A stretch of DNA of 64,000 nt from an uncultured bacterium (GCA_964511015.1 CAZEDX010000014.1:10979-74978), one strand, 5' to 3'. Positions 18,058-28,275 are shown, numbered from the stretch's first letter. Notes: generated from the letters alone by a model not told the origin. Program-made: numbers and translations.

Positions 18058-19050
18058 TTACACGATGTAGCTGGCCCCCGCTTGCAGCACTTCGGTGCGG
18101 GCCCGGACCTGCCGCTCGATCCGGTCCAGCGCGAAATCACACGAGTCGTGTCCGGACAGCAGCAGGCGTTGCGGCCCCGCCTCGTTCAGGGCGGCGATGG
18201 CCGCGTCGAGATCCGCCACCGTGATCCGCTCCCACCACACCTTGCCGGTGCCGAGTATCTGTTGCAATTGGATGCCGGCGCGGGCGCCGCGCGATTCGGT
18301 CAGCGGAAAATGCAGCCCGCCGGCGAAGGTGTGAATCGGCACGGGCGACAGCCGCCGCACCAGCGCAAACAGCGCTTCGACGGTCTGGTGGCCGCAGCCG
18401 GTCAGCACGAACAACCCGCGGCCTTTGAGCCGCGCGACGATGGCTTGCTCGTCAGTCATCCCCATGAAGCACAACATGCGCGAGAGCGGGCCGGTCGAGG
18501 CGAAGCCGCCGGGCAGCAGTGTTGGCCGCTCGACTACCACCGGCTGCAGACCCGGCGCGTCGCTCGGCGCGGGCAGGTAGCAAGGCGTGCCGGGGCGCAA
18601 GACGATGTCCGGCGGCAGCGTTACCCGTTTGGCGCGGGTGGCGGACAGGCCGCCCATGTGGTCCAGGTGCAGATGCGAGATGAGCACGGCGTCGATCGAA
18701 TTCGCATCGATCGGCAAGCGTTGCCAGTTGTGGGAGAGGGCGGGGCGGTCGGGGCCGAAACCGACGTCCATCAACAGCGTGCCGCGTTCCGAACGCAGCA
18801 GATACGACACGCCGGCGTCGCCCAGGAACCCCGGCTCGTGGCGGTGATCCACCAGCACGGTGAGCTCGACGTGTTCCAACTCCGGCAACTCTAGCGGCGC
18901 GGCGGCGGCGAGACGTTCGTCGTTGCGCCGCGCGGCTTCGCCTTGTCCTTGATAAAACTTGCGCGCCTGCAGCGCCAGCACGGGGGCCAGCACCGGCGAC
19001 GCCGCGGCCATGACCGGCCACCACGCGGGGGAGATGCGAAAACGGGCCAT
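18058..19050 (-). CDS. MBL-fold metallo-hydrolase
   Basis: Start at MARFRISP with AAGGAGG RBS. HxHxDH motif ISHLHLDHMGG. 330 aa. Downstream of, and co-oriented with, the GH13 gene. Confidence 0.75.
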   Translation of the reverse strand: MARFRISPAWWPVMAAASPVLAPVLALQARKFYQGQGEAARRNDERLAAAAPLELPELEHVELTVLVDHRHEPGFLGDAGVSYLLRSERGTLLMDVGFGPDRPALSHNWQRLPIDANSIDAVLISHLHLDHMGGLSATRAKRVTLPPDIVLRPGTPCYLPAPSDAPGLQPVVVERPTLLPGGFASTGPLSRMLCFMGMTDEQAIVARLKGRGLFVLTGCGHQTVEALFALVRRLSPVPIHTFAGGLHFPLTESRGARAGIQLQQILGTGKVWWERITVADLDAAIAALNEAGPQRLLLSGHDSCDFALDRIERQVRARTEVLQAGASYIV

Positions 19051-19067
19051 CGGTATTGCTTTCCTCC

Positions 19068-20783
19068 TTACCCCAGAATCACGAACTGCATCGGCGCCAG
19101 CGGCAACTCGACGAAGAGCGACTTGTTGTTCGGGTCGGGATGCGCCTGGATCGTTACCTCGCCCGTGTCGCCATAGAGGTAGCGCAAGCGGTCGCCGGCC
19201 TGGTGCAGGCCGTAGTCGACGACCACGTGGTCGCAACGCGCGTCGGTGGTCGAGGTATTGAAGGCCACCAGCACTTCCTGGTCGGCCAGGATGCGCGAAA
19301 AGGCCAAGGTGCACGGGTGGCCGGTGGGCAGACCGAAGTCGGTTCCGTTGCCGGAGATCTCGCGGAAGTACATGCGCCCGAAACGCAGCGCCGGCTTCTC
19401 GCGGTTCACCTTGGCGATGGCCGCGATTTCGCGGTAGATGCGGCACTGCGGGTTGAGGTAGTTGCGCGTCGGGTTTTCCAGATCGAACATCGCCTCGCGC
19501 AGATACTCGTCGCCGCCGCCTTCGCCGGCGAAGCCCTGCTCGGTGCCGTAGTAGATGCACGGCGTGCCCAGTGCGCACAGTAGATAACCGATGCCGGCGA
19601 TGACCTGCTCGTCGCACGTCTGCGCCGCGAAACGCATCTTGCGCTGCTGGCCGATCTGATCGTGATTGTCCAGGAACGTGACCAGGTAGCGCCCCAGTTC
19701 GCCGCGGCTGAGGCCCTGTTCCTTCAGCGCCTCGTAGCGCGCGATCAGATTGCCGGGTGGCACGAAGCCCTTGATCACGCCGGGCAGGGTCCAGAACAGC
19801 GGGAAGTCGAGCACCGACGACAGGCCGTAATAGATCGTCTTGTCACCGCGGAAGCCGGCCGTGTTGGGGCCGGTGTAGCGGTGGATGGCGTTATCGCCGG
19901 CGACCAGTTCGCCGTACAGGAAGAACTCGCGCTTGCCCAGCTTGTAGGCGTATTCGCGCATCGCCTGGGCGAAGCGGGCCACGGCCATGTCGCCCATGTG
20001 CTTGACCGCGTCCATGCGGTAGCCGTCGATGTCGGCCTCACGGATCCAGTAGCGGTGCACGGCGATCATGATCTCCTGTGTGACAATACCTTCGGGCGTT
20101 TCGTCGTTGTTCAGTCCCTTGAGGGTGACGAAGTCGCCCCACTGCGTTTCGGGCACCGCGTCCCACGCCCAGGGGCGAATTTGCCCGCGGCGGTGGAAGC
20201 GCGCCGGGTCGCGCAGTTCGATCGGCACCGGATAGTGCGGATCGCGCCATTCGCCGATCTCATATTGGGCGCAGTCGTCGCGGAACCAGACCTCTTCGCC
20301 GTCGCGGTAGCGGAAGACATTGCCCGTGTGGTTGGCCACCGCGTCAAGGAAGACGCGCAGGCCGAGCTGATGCGCGCGGTCCACTAGCGCGATGAGGTCT
20401 TCTTTCGTGCCGAAGCGCGGATCGATGTTCAGGTAGTTGCGCGTCGCATAGCCGTGGTAGCTGCCGCTGTTGCGGTTGGGCGCCTCGTCGTTTTCGAAGA
20501 TCGGGCTCAGCCACACTGCCGTGCAGCCGAGGCCGGCGATGTAGTCGAGGTGCGCGGTCAGCCCCTTGAGCGTGCCGCCGCAGAAGCGCCGCAGTTGGTC
20601 GGGGTTGCCGCTGCCGCGCGAACGCTGCTCGCCGACGACCGGCTGCCGTTTCAAGTCGTCATGGAAGCGATCGACCAGCACGAAGTAGATGAACTCCTCG
20701 CGCCATTCGCGGTCGCACGACCAGTACTTTTTGCCGGGTTTCGGAGACAGATCGATTTCCTTGATGGATCGCGGTCCAGACAT
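19068..20783 (-). CDS. Glycoside hydrolase family 13 (alpha-amylase family) protein, cytoplasmic
   Basis: Start at MSGPRSIKEIDLS. GH13 regions: FIYFVLVDRF; GGTLKGLTAHLDYIAGLGCTAVWLSPIF; VFLDAVANHTG; GYRMDAVKHM; FLYGELV; FLDNHDQ. The ORF-track 767-aa ORF over-extends upstream. Confidence 0.8.
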   Translation of the reverse strand: MSGPRSIKEIDLSPKPGKKYWSCDREWREEFIYFVLVDRFHDDLKRQPVVGEQRSRGSGNPDQLRRFCGGTLKGLTAHLDYIAGLGCTAVWLSPIFENDEAPNRNSGSYHGYATRNYLNIDPRFGTKEDLIALVDRAHQLGLRVFLDAVANHTGNVFRYRDGEEVWFRDDCAQYEIGEWRDPHYPVPIELRDPARFHRRGQIRPWAWDAVPETQWGDFVTLKGLNNDETPEGIVTQEIMIAVHRYWIREADIDGYRMDAVKHMGDMAVARFAQAMREYAYKLGKREFFLYGELVAGDNAIHRYTGPNTAGFRGDKTIYYGLSSVLDFPLFWTLPGVIKGFVPPGNLIARYEALKEQGLSRGELGRYLVTFLDNHDQIGQQRKMRFAAQTCDEQVIAGIGYLLCALGTPCIYYGTEQGFAGEGGGDEYLREAMFDLENPTRNYLNPQCRIYREIAAIAKVNREKPALRFGRMYFREISGNGTDFGLPTGHPCTLAFSRILADQEVLVAFNTSTTDARCDHVVVDYGLHQAGDRLRYLYGDTGEVTIQAHPDPNNKSLFVELPLAPMQFVILG

Positions 20784-21138
20784 GATTGACCCCCCCAATG
20801 GATAGAATATCATTGTATCCCCCCGGGCGGTGAACTTCAATCGTGGGAGAGCGAGCTTTCCCATTCGAACTGGCCGGCTGGTTGGATGTTCTGGACAACG
20901 TGGCGACTCAGGCTGATATCGCCACGATACGGGCCAATCATGGCCGCGCGACTTCCGCATCAAGTTTCGCCGGTCATTGGGGTTGTTACGCGACGGGAAA
21001 CGGGGTCCGGCCTCCGTTTCCTTTTCGGGCGCCGTTTGCCGGCCGCCGCTCCCCTTGACGGCGCAGGCGCATTGAACGAAAAAGACAATATGCGGGGCTG
21101 GCTCAGCCCCTTTGCATTTGGTCAGGCAGGAGCGATAC

Positions 21139-23079
21139 AAATTGCCGGCAAAGCGTCCGCTTAAGATTACCGATACCACCCTCCGCGACGGGCACCAGAG
21201 CGCGCTGGCGACCCGCCTGCGGCTGCGCGACATGGAGCCGGTCGCCGAGTTGCTCGACTCGGTCGGCTTCCACTCGCTCGAGGTGTGGGGCGGCGCGACC
21301 TTCGACGTAGCCCACCGCTTCCTCGGCGAAGACCCGTGGGACCGCCTGCGTTGGATGAAAACCCGCGTCAAGAAGACGCCGCTCCAGATGCTGCTGCGCG
21401 GACAGAACCTGGTGGGCTACCGCAATTACGCCGACGACGTCGTGCGCGCGTTCTGCCACCACGCCGTCGAGTGCGGCATGGACATCTTCCGCGTGTTCGA
21501 CGCGCTCAACGATCCGCGCAACTGCGAGGCCTCGTTCAAGGCGCTGCAGGAAACCGGCGCGCACATCCAGGCGACCATCTGTTTCTCGCTGACCGAGCGG
21601 CGTGTCGGCGGCGAGGTTTTTCATCTCGACTACTACCGGCGCAAGGCGAAGGAATTCGTCGAGCTCGGCGCGCACTCGCTGTGCCTGAAGGACATGGCCG
21701 GCATCCTGTCGCCGGACGACGCCTACCTGCTGGTGCGCGAGCTGAAGAAGATCGTCAAAGTGCCGCTGCACCTGCACACGCACTACACCGCGGGCACCGG
21801 CGGCATCGCGTACTGGAAGGCCATTGAAGCGGGGGTGGATGTCATCGACTGCGCGCTCGCGCCCTTCGCGCTGCGCACCAGTCAGCCGGCGGCGGAACCC
21901 TTCGTCGCCGCGCTCGCCGGCACCGATCGCGATACCGGTCTGAACCTCGATCTGCTGGCCAAGGCGGGCGACTATATCGAGTCGATCGCGCCGAAGTACC
22001 GTCACTTCCTGGACACGTCCAAAATGGCGGTCATCGATACCGGCGTGATCCGCCACCAGATCCCCGGCGGCATGATCTCCAACCTGGTCAATCAGCTCAA
22101 GCAGGCCGACGCGCTCGACCGCTTGCCCGAGGTGTACGCCGAGCTGCCGCGCACGCGAGCCGACCTCGGTTATCCGCCGCTGGTCACGCCGACCAGCCAG
22201 ATTGTCGGCGTGCAGGCGGTAATGAACGTTCTGGGCCGCCACCGCTACGAGATGGTCAGCCAGGAAGTGAAGGACTACTGCTTCGGCCTCTACGGCCGCC
22301 CGCCGGCGCCGATCAACAAGAAGGTGCAGGCCAAGGTGCTCAAGGGCTACGAGCGCGGCGAGAAGCCGATCACCTGCCGCCCGGCCGACGTGCTCGAACC
22401 CGAAATGGACAAGGCCGCCGAGGCGGTCAAGGACCTGGCCAAAGGCGTCGGCGACGTGTTGCTTTACGCGCTGTATCCGCGCACCGGGCTGGCGTTCCTG
22501 CGCTACAAATACGGGCTCGATCCGCAGCCGCCGGGCGAGCCGGCGAAAACGCTGGAAGACGTGCAGCGCGAGGATGCGCTGATCAAGAAGGCGCTGTCCG
22601 GCGAGCTGACCACCAAGACCTACGCCGCCGATCTGAAGAACACGCGCACCTATCGCGTGGCGGTGGACGGCGAGGTGTTCGAAGTGGCCGTGGAGCTGAC
22701 CCCGCCGGTGCCTGGCCCGGCCTCGCGTCCGGCCGCGCCGCCGCCAAGCGCACCGCCAAGCGCTCCCTCGCCGAAGCCGATGCCGACGCCCCACCAGAGC
22801 AACCTCAAGCCCGGGCGCCACAGCGGCATCCGGCGGGTGCAGACGATGGACGAGAACGAATCGTCCGGCACCTCGGTGCTGGCTCCGATGCCGGGCACCG
22901 TCGTGCGCTATCTGGTTGCAGTCGGCGAGACGGTCAAGAAGGGCCAGACGGTTGTCATCCTCGAAGCCATGAAAATGGAAAACGCCTTGCCCGCGCCGGC
23001 CGCCGGCACCGTCGCCGCCCTCGGCCCGCCCCCCGGGGCGAACGTGAAGCGGGGGGAAACCCTGGTGACGTTGGGGTAG
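21139..23079 (+). CDS. Oxaloacetate decarboxylase alpha subunit / pyruvate carboxylase subunit B (carboxyltransferase + biotinyl domain)
   Basis: ITDTTLRDGHQS carboxyltransferase N-terminus and biotinylation site EAMKMEN near the C-terminus. TTG start at 21139 proposed, with AGGAG 9 nt upstream. The ORF-track alternative is TTG at 21112. Confidence 0.85.
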   Translation, partial: KLPAKRPLKITDTTLRDGHQSALATRLRLRDMEPVAELLDSVGFHSLEVWGGATFDVAHRFLGEDPWDRLRWMKTRVKKTPLQMLLRGQNLVGYRNYADDVVRAFCHHAVECGMDIFRVFDALNDPRNCEASFKALQETGAHIQATICFSLTERRVGGEVFHLDYYRRKAKEFVELGAHSLCLKDMAGILSPDDAYLLVRELKKIVKVPLHLHTHYTAGTGGIAYWKAIEAGVDVIDCALAPFALRTSQPAAEPFVAALAGTDRDTGLNLDLLAKAGDYIESIAPKYRHFLDTSKMAVIDTGVIRHQIPGGMISNLVNQLKQADALDRLPEVYAELPRTRADLGYPPLVTPTSQIVGVQAVMNVLGRHRYEMVSQEVKDYCFGLYGRPPAPINKKVQAKVLKGYERGEKPITCRPADVLEPEMDKAAEAVKDLAKGVGDVLLYALYPRTGLAFLRYKYGLDPQPPGEPAKTLEDVQREDALIKKALSGELTTKTYAADLKNTRTYRVAVDGEVFEVAVELTPPVPGPASRPAAPPPSAPPSAPSPKPMPTPHQSNLKPGRHSGIRRVQTMDENESSGTSVLAPMPGTVVRYLVAVGETVKKGQTVVILEAMKMENALPAPAAGTVAALGPPPGANVKRGETLVTLG

Positions 23080-23082
23080 GGG
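23008..23082 (+). repeat. Direct repeat copy A: last ~23 codons plus stop of the decarboxylase gene
   Basis: ~88% identical to 26134-26208. The differences are mostly synonymous (GETLVTLG stop versus GESLVTLD stop). Confidence 0.85.
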
Positions 23083-23446
23083 CGAAAGCCACCCATCTGA
23101 AGCGGCGGAACACGTTCATCCCGAATTCGGGACGCACATTCCCTTTAACAACTTGAAAAAAAAGTATCATCGGCATCGGAATTAGCAAAGTAACGTACTA
23201 CGCAACCATCTTGGAGGGAGGTTATCTTGGCTATTTACTATGTGGACAACGACTAGTCGGACGATTCGGGCAACGGCACTTTCCGGGCCAGCGTACTTCG
23301 ATAGGGGATTGAGTTGTTTTCGATCCTGGGAGAACACATGGTTATTTTTGCAATTTGGGAGGCGGCTGGAACATGTTGAACGAAGCCCGTCAAAAACAAT
23401 TCCGAATTTGGGACGAGAGTGAATCAATAACAAATCGTTTGGAGAA

Positions 23447-24295
23447 TTGAAGAGGGATTTCATGTGGCTAGTGGTTCCCCTTGGCCTTCTCCTCGTGACG
23501 TTGATAGCGACCGAATTGTCAGCTTCTTGGGACGTATACCATTTCAACAACGATAGCTACGAAATCGATTCGCGCTGCACGGCCAGCAACAACCTTCCGG
23601 GCGTAGCAATGCTGAGTCGCTATCGCGCCGAGATGGCCGACTGGGGATGGAGCAATTCCATCTTCTACCCCGTCCAGCATCCGATGTTCGTTGATCCCGA
23701 CCTATTTAGCGGTGGACAAGATTACGAATACATTGATGACGCGAGGATTGCCTGGATGACTGGGCACGGTGGTACGTCGGGGACGATTCCGGCTTTCTTT
23801 CGAATGAAATTGCAAACGTTCGAAAGCAGCGTCCTTGAGTCATGCTACTTGGCGCCCGAATTCACCATGCGGCTTGGCGACCAAGGGATGCACCTCGATT
23901 GGTTGCATGTCATTTCTTGCCATAGCTTGCAAACCGACGACAACTCATATCAGTCGTGGAGATCGGTTTTCACCGGAGTACACCAGATTCACGGGTTTCA
24001 TGGCCTGGCGTGGTTTAGGAGTGCGAATAGCAATCTGGCGTATGCGTACGAGGATTTTGCGCACGACTCTCACAGCGCTGCGCTTGCGTTAGAATGGGTG
24101 GCTGAACTATTTTTCCCGGAAGAATTCGAGGATCCATTCGGATCGGGGATATATCATGACCAATGTCCCGTAGCATATGTTGGCCGGGACACCGTCGCTT
24201 CTGCGTTGACGATCTTGAATAACGAGAAATACCCAATTCCTGACCGCGTGCCACCAAGCCTGACATATTCCGACGAATTCACACCAACTCACTAG
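23447..24295 (+). CDS. Hypothetical secreted protein (lower-GC island)
   Basis: Signal peptide MKRDFMWLVVPLGLLLVTLIATELSAS. 282 aa. Local GC visibly lower than flanks. No recognisable domain. Confidence 0.55.
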   Translation: MKRDFMWLVVPLGLLLVTLIATELSASWDVYHFNNDSYEIDSRCTASNNLPGVAMLSRYRAEMADWGWSNSIFYPVQHPMFVDPDLFSGGQDYEYIDDARIAWMTGHGGTSGTIPAFFRMKLQTFESSVLESCYLAPEFTMRLGDQGMHLDWLHVISCHSLQTDDNSYQSWRSVFTGVHQIHGFHGLAWFRSANSNLAYAYEDFAHDSHSAALALEWVAELFFPEEFEDPFGSGIYHDQCPVAYVGRDTVASALTILNNEKYPIPDRVPPSLTYSDEFTPTH

Positions 24296-24322
24296 TACCA
24301 ACTTGACTGTATCAGCAACCCT

Positions 24323-25054
24323 GTGGTTCTCCTGTACAACGACGCGGACACGCTCGGCCTAGATATCTCTGACGCCATTCTGGAAAAGGACCATTCCGGT
24401 TGGTCGATACTCACTAATGACCGTTTCGAGATCCGTCGCAGGGAAACCAGCGGCCATTTTACGTTCGTAGACAAAACGATTTCAGACCTGAAACATTTCC
24501 CAGAGGGCGAAGAGCCGGTGACTGAAGAAGACCTGACAAACAAATCGATCGATTTGTTGCAGTCGCTCGACGTTCCTTCAGACGAAATCCACGACATTTC
24601 GGTGAAGCGGATCATCGATCAAGCAGAGGATGAATTCGGCTTCGATGTCGGAGATCGTTTAACGGCCGCTTTTCTGGTGTATGTCGACCGCGTGATAGCA
24701 AACACACCGGTCGAAGGATCGTACGCCAAACTGTTGTTCACGACCGAAGGGCGCCTGATAAAAGTGAGCACTAGGTGGCGGAACGTGACCGGGCAAGCAA
24801 TTGACATATTGCCGATCATTGAAGAAGAACTACTTCGCAATACCGCATTGGCTGTTTCTGCCAAAAGCCTTCTTCATGGTAAGGTTGACGTGTTCTATGG
24901 TGGGTATGCCTATGTCGAGGAATTTGGTGAAGACGCGGTCGAACAAAAAACCTTTGACCTGCATTTCGTTTTTCGTTACGCGACGGCTGATTCGCCATTG
25001 ATGTCTGGCGTATTGAATGCGGTGATGGAATCCGCGCTTGCGGGAGGAGTCTGA
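24323..25054 (+). CDS. Hypothetical protein (island)
   Basis: 243-aa acidic ORF, with start/stop overlap with the next gene (ATGA at 25051-25054). Confidence 0.5.
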   Translation: MVLLYNDADTLGLDISDAILEKDHSGWSILTNDRFEIRRRETSGHFTFVDKTISDLKHFPEGEEPVTEEDLTNKSIDLLQSLDVPSDEIHDISVKRIIDQAEDEFGFDVGDRLTAAFLVYVDRVIANTPVEGSYAKLLFTTEGRLIKVSTRWRNVTGQAIDILPIIEEELLRNTALAVSAKSLLHGKVDVFYGGYAYVEEFGEDAVEQKTFDLHFVFRYATADSPLMSGVLNAVMESALAGGV

Positions 25055-25539
25055 TGAAAGCCCGGTGCAGCCTCATCCTTCTAGGTCTCGTACTTATGAT
25101 TGGACAAGAAGCCATCGGCAACCCGATCCAACTTGGCGTCATCGAGGACGCGTTCCAGTTCAAACAGAACGTGTGCCTGGTCTTCCAAGGCTATTTTTCC
25201 AGTGGACCCTACCGTTTGGAGCGTACGATGGACAGTCAGACAATACGCATCATGGACGACTGGGAGATACCGGCGGAAGATCCGCTGAAGGAATGCGGGG
25301 ACTACCGTCTCTATATCTTCGAAGACGCATGCGTACCAGCCGGCCAAGCGTTGTACACCCTGTTCCAGAAGATGCCCAGCGGCTGGGACAATGCCGGTTC
25401 CGAAACCATTCAAGTTGAAGACAGCGGTGAGGAATGCGGCAACGACGACGACTGCGCGGCGCTGATCGATCCGGACGAATACCTGCCGTGTAATTTGGAC
25501 GACGACGACAACGACAACGATGACGGGTGCGGGTGTTGA
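25054..25539 (+). CDS. Small secreted protein with poly-Asp/Asn tail ending GCGC (island copy of the tail family)
   Basis: Signal peptide MKARCSLILLGLVLMIGQEAIG. Tail ...CNLDDDDNDNDDGCGC then TGA. Confidence 0.65.
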   Translation: MKARCSLILLGLVLMIGQEAIGNPIQLGVIEDAFQFKQNVCLVFQGYFSSGPYRLERTMDSQTIRIMDDWEIPAEDPLKECGDYRLYIFEDACVPAGQALYTLFQKMPSGWDNAGSETIQVEDSGEECGNDDDCAALIDPDEYLPCNLDDDDNDNDDGCGC

Positions 25540-25548
25540 GGAAGCAAC

Positions 25549-25908
25549 GTGTCTGAATGGAATCCCATCGCCCTCTGGTTTGCCTTCTTCGTTTTCGGCC
25601 AAATGATCGAGACCCCAATCTACGTTGCGTTCGCGCGCGGCCGGGCTCCATGGTGGCGTGGGGCCTTGGGCGGCTTTGCCTGCACCACAATTACCCACCC
25701 GCTGCTTTGGTTCGTCTGGCCCACTGTCGTGCACCCGTGGCTTGCCTATGCAATCAGCGGCGAATTGATCACCTTCGCCGTCGAGTCGATCGTGTTCTAT
25801 CTTGTTGTCCGTTCGGTCTCTCTTGCTCGCGCGGCGTCGTCGTCGTTTGCCGCCAACCTAGCCAGCCTGCTGGCTGGGATAATAGTGCAGTGCGTGTTTC
25901 AATTATAA
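25549..25908 (+). CDS. Small polytopic membrane protein (3-4 TM), function unknown
   Basis: 119 aa, hydrophobic helices. Starts 10 nt after the GCGC-tail gene. Confidence 0.5.
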   Translation: MSEWNPIALWFAFFVFGQMIETPIYVAFARGRAPWWRGALGGFACTTITHPLLWFVWPTVVHPWLAYAISGELITFAVESIVFYLVVRSVSLARAASSSFAANLASLLAGIIVQCVFQL

Positions 25909-26133
25909 AATTTCAACATAGCCGGTTAGTCTCGTCCGAAATCGGGATTTGTCTTGGACAGTGATCACTCCGGAGCCCAAGTCCGTTTGCGACCTGCGCG
26001 CCGTGGCCGTCGATGTTGATGGCGACGTCTTCGCTGTCGGCGGGGCGGAAAACTCCTCGCGCATGATCACGGTCAAATACTCCCCCACCGGCGACGAGTT
26101 ATGGGTGGCCGAGTTCGACGCGGACAACCCATG

Positions 26134-26208
26134 ACCGTCGCCGCCCTCGGCCCGCCCCCCGGCGCGAACGTGAAGCGGGGCGAGAGCTTAGTCACGCTGG
26201 ATTAGGGG
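26134..26208 (+). repeat. Direct repeat copy B (displaced duplicate of the decarboxylase 3' end); att-like scar
   Basis: Encodes TVAALGPPPGANVKRGESLVTLD then stop, with no upstream gene body. Preceded by a high-GC SBBP-like beta-propeller fragment (25949-26134). Confidence 0.8.
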
Positions 26209-26981
26209 ACCGGGTTTCGGATATGGAAGAACGGGTCGCGGTACTGTGTGAATAACCACAAACCAATACCAATGTCTCCGTTCCTGTCGATCGTGCCTAT
26301 CCTGTGAAGCCTGTCCAAAAAGACGTTGTTGCCGAAAAACGCCACGTTTTCGTACAACCACGTCGCGCAAGTGTTTGATTTTAAAGACCCCCCTTTTCAG
26401 TTCATCGCCAAAAACCGCGCAAAACGAGTCGTTTTCGGCAGGCAAGTGCTTGTTTTCGTTAGGTCCGATTTCCGTCAAAAGAGCATTTTTCAACCGTGGT
26501 TTTTGCCGATTTCGTGCGTGCGGAGACGCGCCGCTGTAAGAGCGAAAATGCACATTTTGAATGACGGCTCGAAGGGGCTGAAATGGCCGTTCGAAATGCT
26601 GTGACAGATTTCACAAGGCGATGGATTTTACATCGGGGCCTGTTATCCCGACTGAAGCCCGAAGCGAACGCGACGGGCGAGCGGAAAGGATCCCTTCCCA
26701 GACCTGATCCCTTCCGCAAAATGGTTGCTGCGCAACTCAAGGAAGGAACCTCTGCTCGGCTCGCTCGTCGAACTCGTGCGCCTCGGTCGGAGTGACAATC
26801 GCCCCTCGGCTGCGCTCGAGCTATGCATATCCCCTTCGCTCACGCGTCCGACGACGTGGAGCACAAGGCCGGGTTCGACCTGCTGTGGATGACGTCGTTT
26901 CTGGCGGATCGTCAGTCGGCATGCGATTTGAACTGTCGGTTGACCTGATGGTATTTTGAGCCGTTGTAACAGAGGTAACCC

Positions 26982-27725
26982 GTGGGAAGGTCGATGCACG
27001 TCGTCTGGCAAACCTGGCACGAGCCCATCGGCGCGGCTGTCGCGTTGAACGAAGACCCCGATGGCGACGGCACGGCGGTGACGATGAACATTAGAATGCC
27101 GGGCCAGTACTTCGACGCGGAGACCGGCCTCCACTACAACTGGCACCGGTACTACGATCCGGCGGTGGGGAGGTATGTGCAGGCGGAGGTGCCACACCAC
27201 GATCAATCAGTGATCAATCCGTTCATCTATACGGGCAACAATCCGTTGAATTGGGCAGACAAGAGCGGATGGAGAGTACAACCAGGCTATGATTGCGTTA
27301 CCTTTTTGAAAGCCGGCAATCCCGATTCCTTCTGGGCGCTGTTTCCTCTTCTAAGTGACCCAACTCTTGATGCTTATGCCTGCAGTTGGGATTGTCCAAA
27401 AGGACTCACCGTCACTGTTTGCGATGACATCTATCCAAATAATCGACCTGATCCGGCTGCTTCTGCACTAAGATTACCCGACGGAAGTTGTGAGTTGAAC
27501 CTCAGCCGCGATTTCTTCCGGGAACGCACCAATCTAGATGAAGTCGAACGGTCTTGTCTAATCATGCACGAACAATGTCACCTATCAAAGTACACTAGGG
27601 AGGACACGGAGTGTTGGGCGGATGCGGTCCAAGCCGGGTGTCTTACCAGCCGCGTCGAAGTGTTTCAGGAACGCTTGGCTAAATGCCTAATTGGTGGTCC
27701 ACCGGGTCCTCCTTGTGTGCGTTAG
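26982..27725 (+). CDS. Orphan RHS-repeat core C-terminus fused to a variable C-terminal toxin domain
   Basis: PGQYFDAETGLHYNWHRYYDPAVGRYVQAEV...NPFIYTGNNPLNWADKSG matches the end of the RHS repeat-associated core domain. It is followed by a ~150-aa Cys-rich unique domain. The ORF opens just after a stop, with no upstream RHS body. Confidence 0.7.
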   Translation: MGRSMHVVWQTWHEPIGAAVALNEDPDGDGTAVTMNIRMPGQYFDAETGLHYNWHRYYDPAVGRYVQAEVPHHDQSVINPFIYTGNNPLNWADKSGWRVQPGYDCVTFLKAGNPDSFWALFPLLSDPTLDAYACSWDCPKGLTVTVCDDIYPNNRPDPAASALRLPDGSCELNLSRDFFRERTNLDEVERSCLIMHEQCHLSKYTREDTECWADAVQAGCLTSRVEVFQERLAKCLIGGPPGPPCVR

Positions 27726-27753
27726 TCGGTGGAGAACGTGCGAATGAGCAATC

Positions 27754-28251
27754 ATGATGACTGACTTACGAGTTCTAGTCCGCCATCTCTGTGAATCGGC
27801 GTGCTGGGGTCCCTCGGAACCGGCGGCGTGGTTCTGTCGGTATTTTATCCGAAACTATGGCTGGCAACTGGTGCTCGCGGGGCTGGCGACCGGAGTGTTT
27901 GTGCATACGCTGGTCTGCACCGGGTGGATAGTTGGCAGGCGCCAACGTCCGTATGTTCGATGGCACTATTTCATTCTCAAACTGGTGACCTGGCTGGTTG
28001 TGCCCTACGGAGCGACCAATGTCTTTGGCTTTCTTGTTCCGGACCAACATCGTCCGTGGTTTGGTCCGAACAATGAGCTGCTGATTTGCGCTGTCTATCT
28101 CGCGGTCAGGGTGCCGGTCGTCTTGTTCGTCCTGCGCAAAAAGGATGTGGTTCCTTTCGAGTTCGCGGCGGCGATGGTCGAGCCATTTCTGATGTTGTCG
28201 ATCATGAAATGGATCATTGCCAATGTCTTCCCGGCGTGGGGTCTGACCTAG
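27754..28251 (+). CDS. Small membrane protein, putative RHS-toxin immunity protein
   Basis: 165 aa, 4 TM. Immediately downstream of the RHS C-terminal gene. Paralog of the next gene. Confidence 0.55.
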   Translation: MMTDLRVLVRHLCESACWGPSEPAAWFCRYFIRNYGWQLVLAGLATGVFVHTLVCTGWIVGRRQRPYVRWHYFILKLVTWLVVPYGATNVFGFLVPDQHRPWFGPNNELLICAVYLAVRVPVVLFVLRKKDVVPFEFAAAMVEPFLMLSIMKWIIANVFPAWGLT

Positions 28252-28275
28252 CGGATGCTGTTCAAGGAGTGACCT

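Noticed and set aside
18058-19617. 519-aa version of the MBL-fold hydrolase ORF. The same problem applies to the 987-aa subtilase ORF 7918-10881 and the 767-aa GH13 ORF 19068-21371.
   Set aside because: The upstream extensions are Arg/Pro-rich, lack RBSs, and run into neighbouring genes. Internal Met codons with strong Shine-Dalgarno sequences and signal peptides or conserved N-termini give the trimmed coordinates used above.
23083-23446. tRNA or tmRNA gene at the island junction, as a classical integration target.
   Set aside because: No T-loop (GGTTCGAATCC-like) or cloverleaf arms were detectable by eye here or at 26209-26981. The duplicated segment is instead the 3' end of a protein-coding gene.
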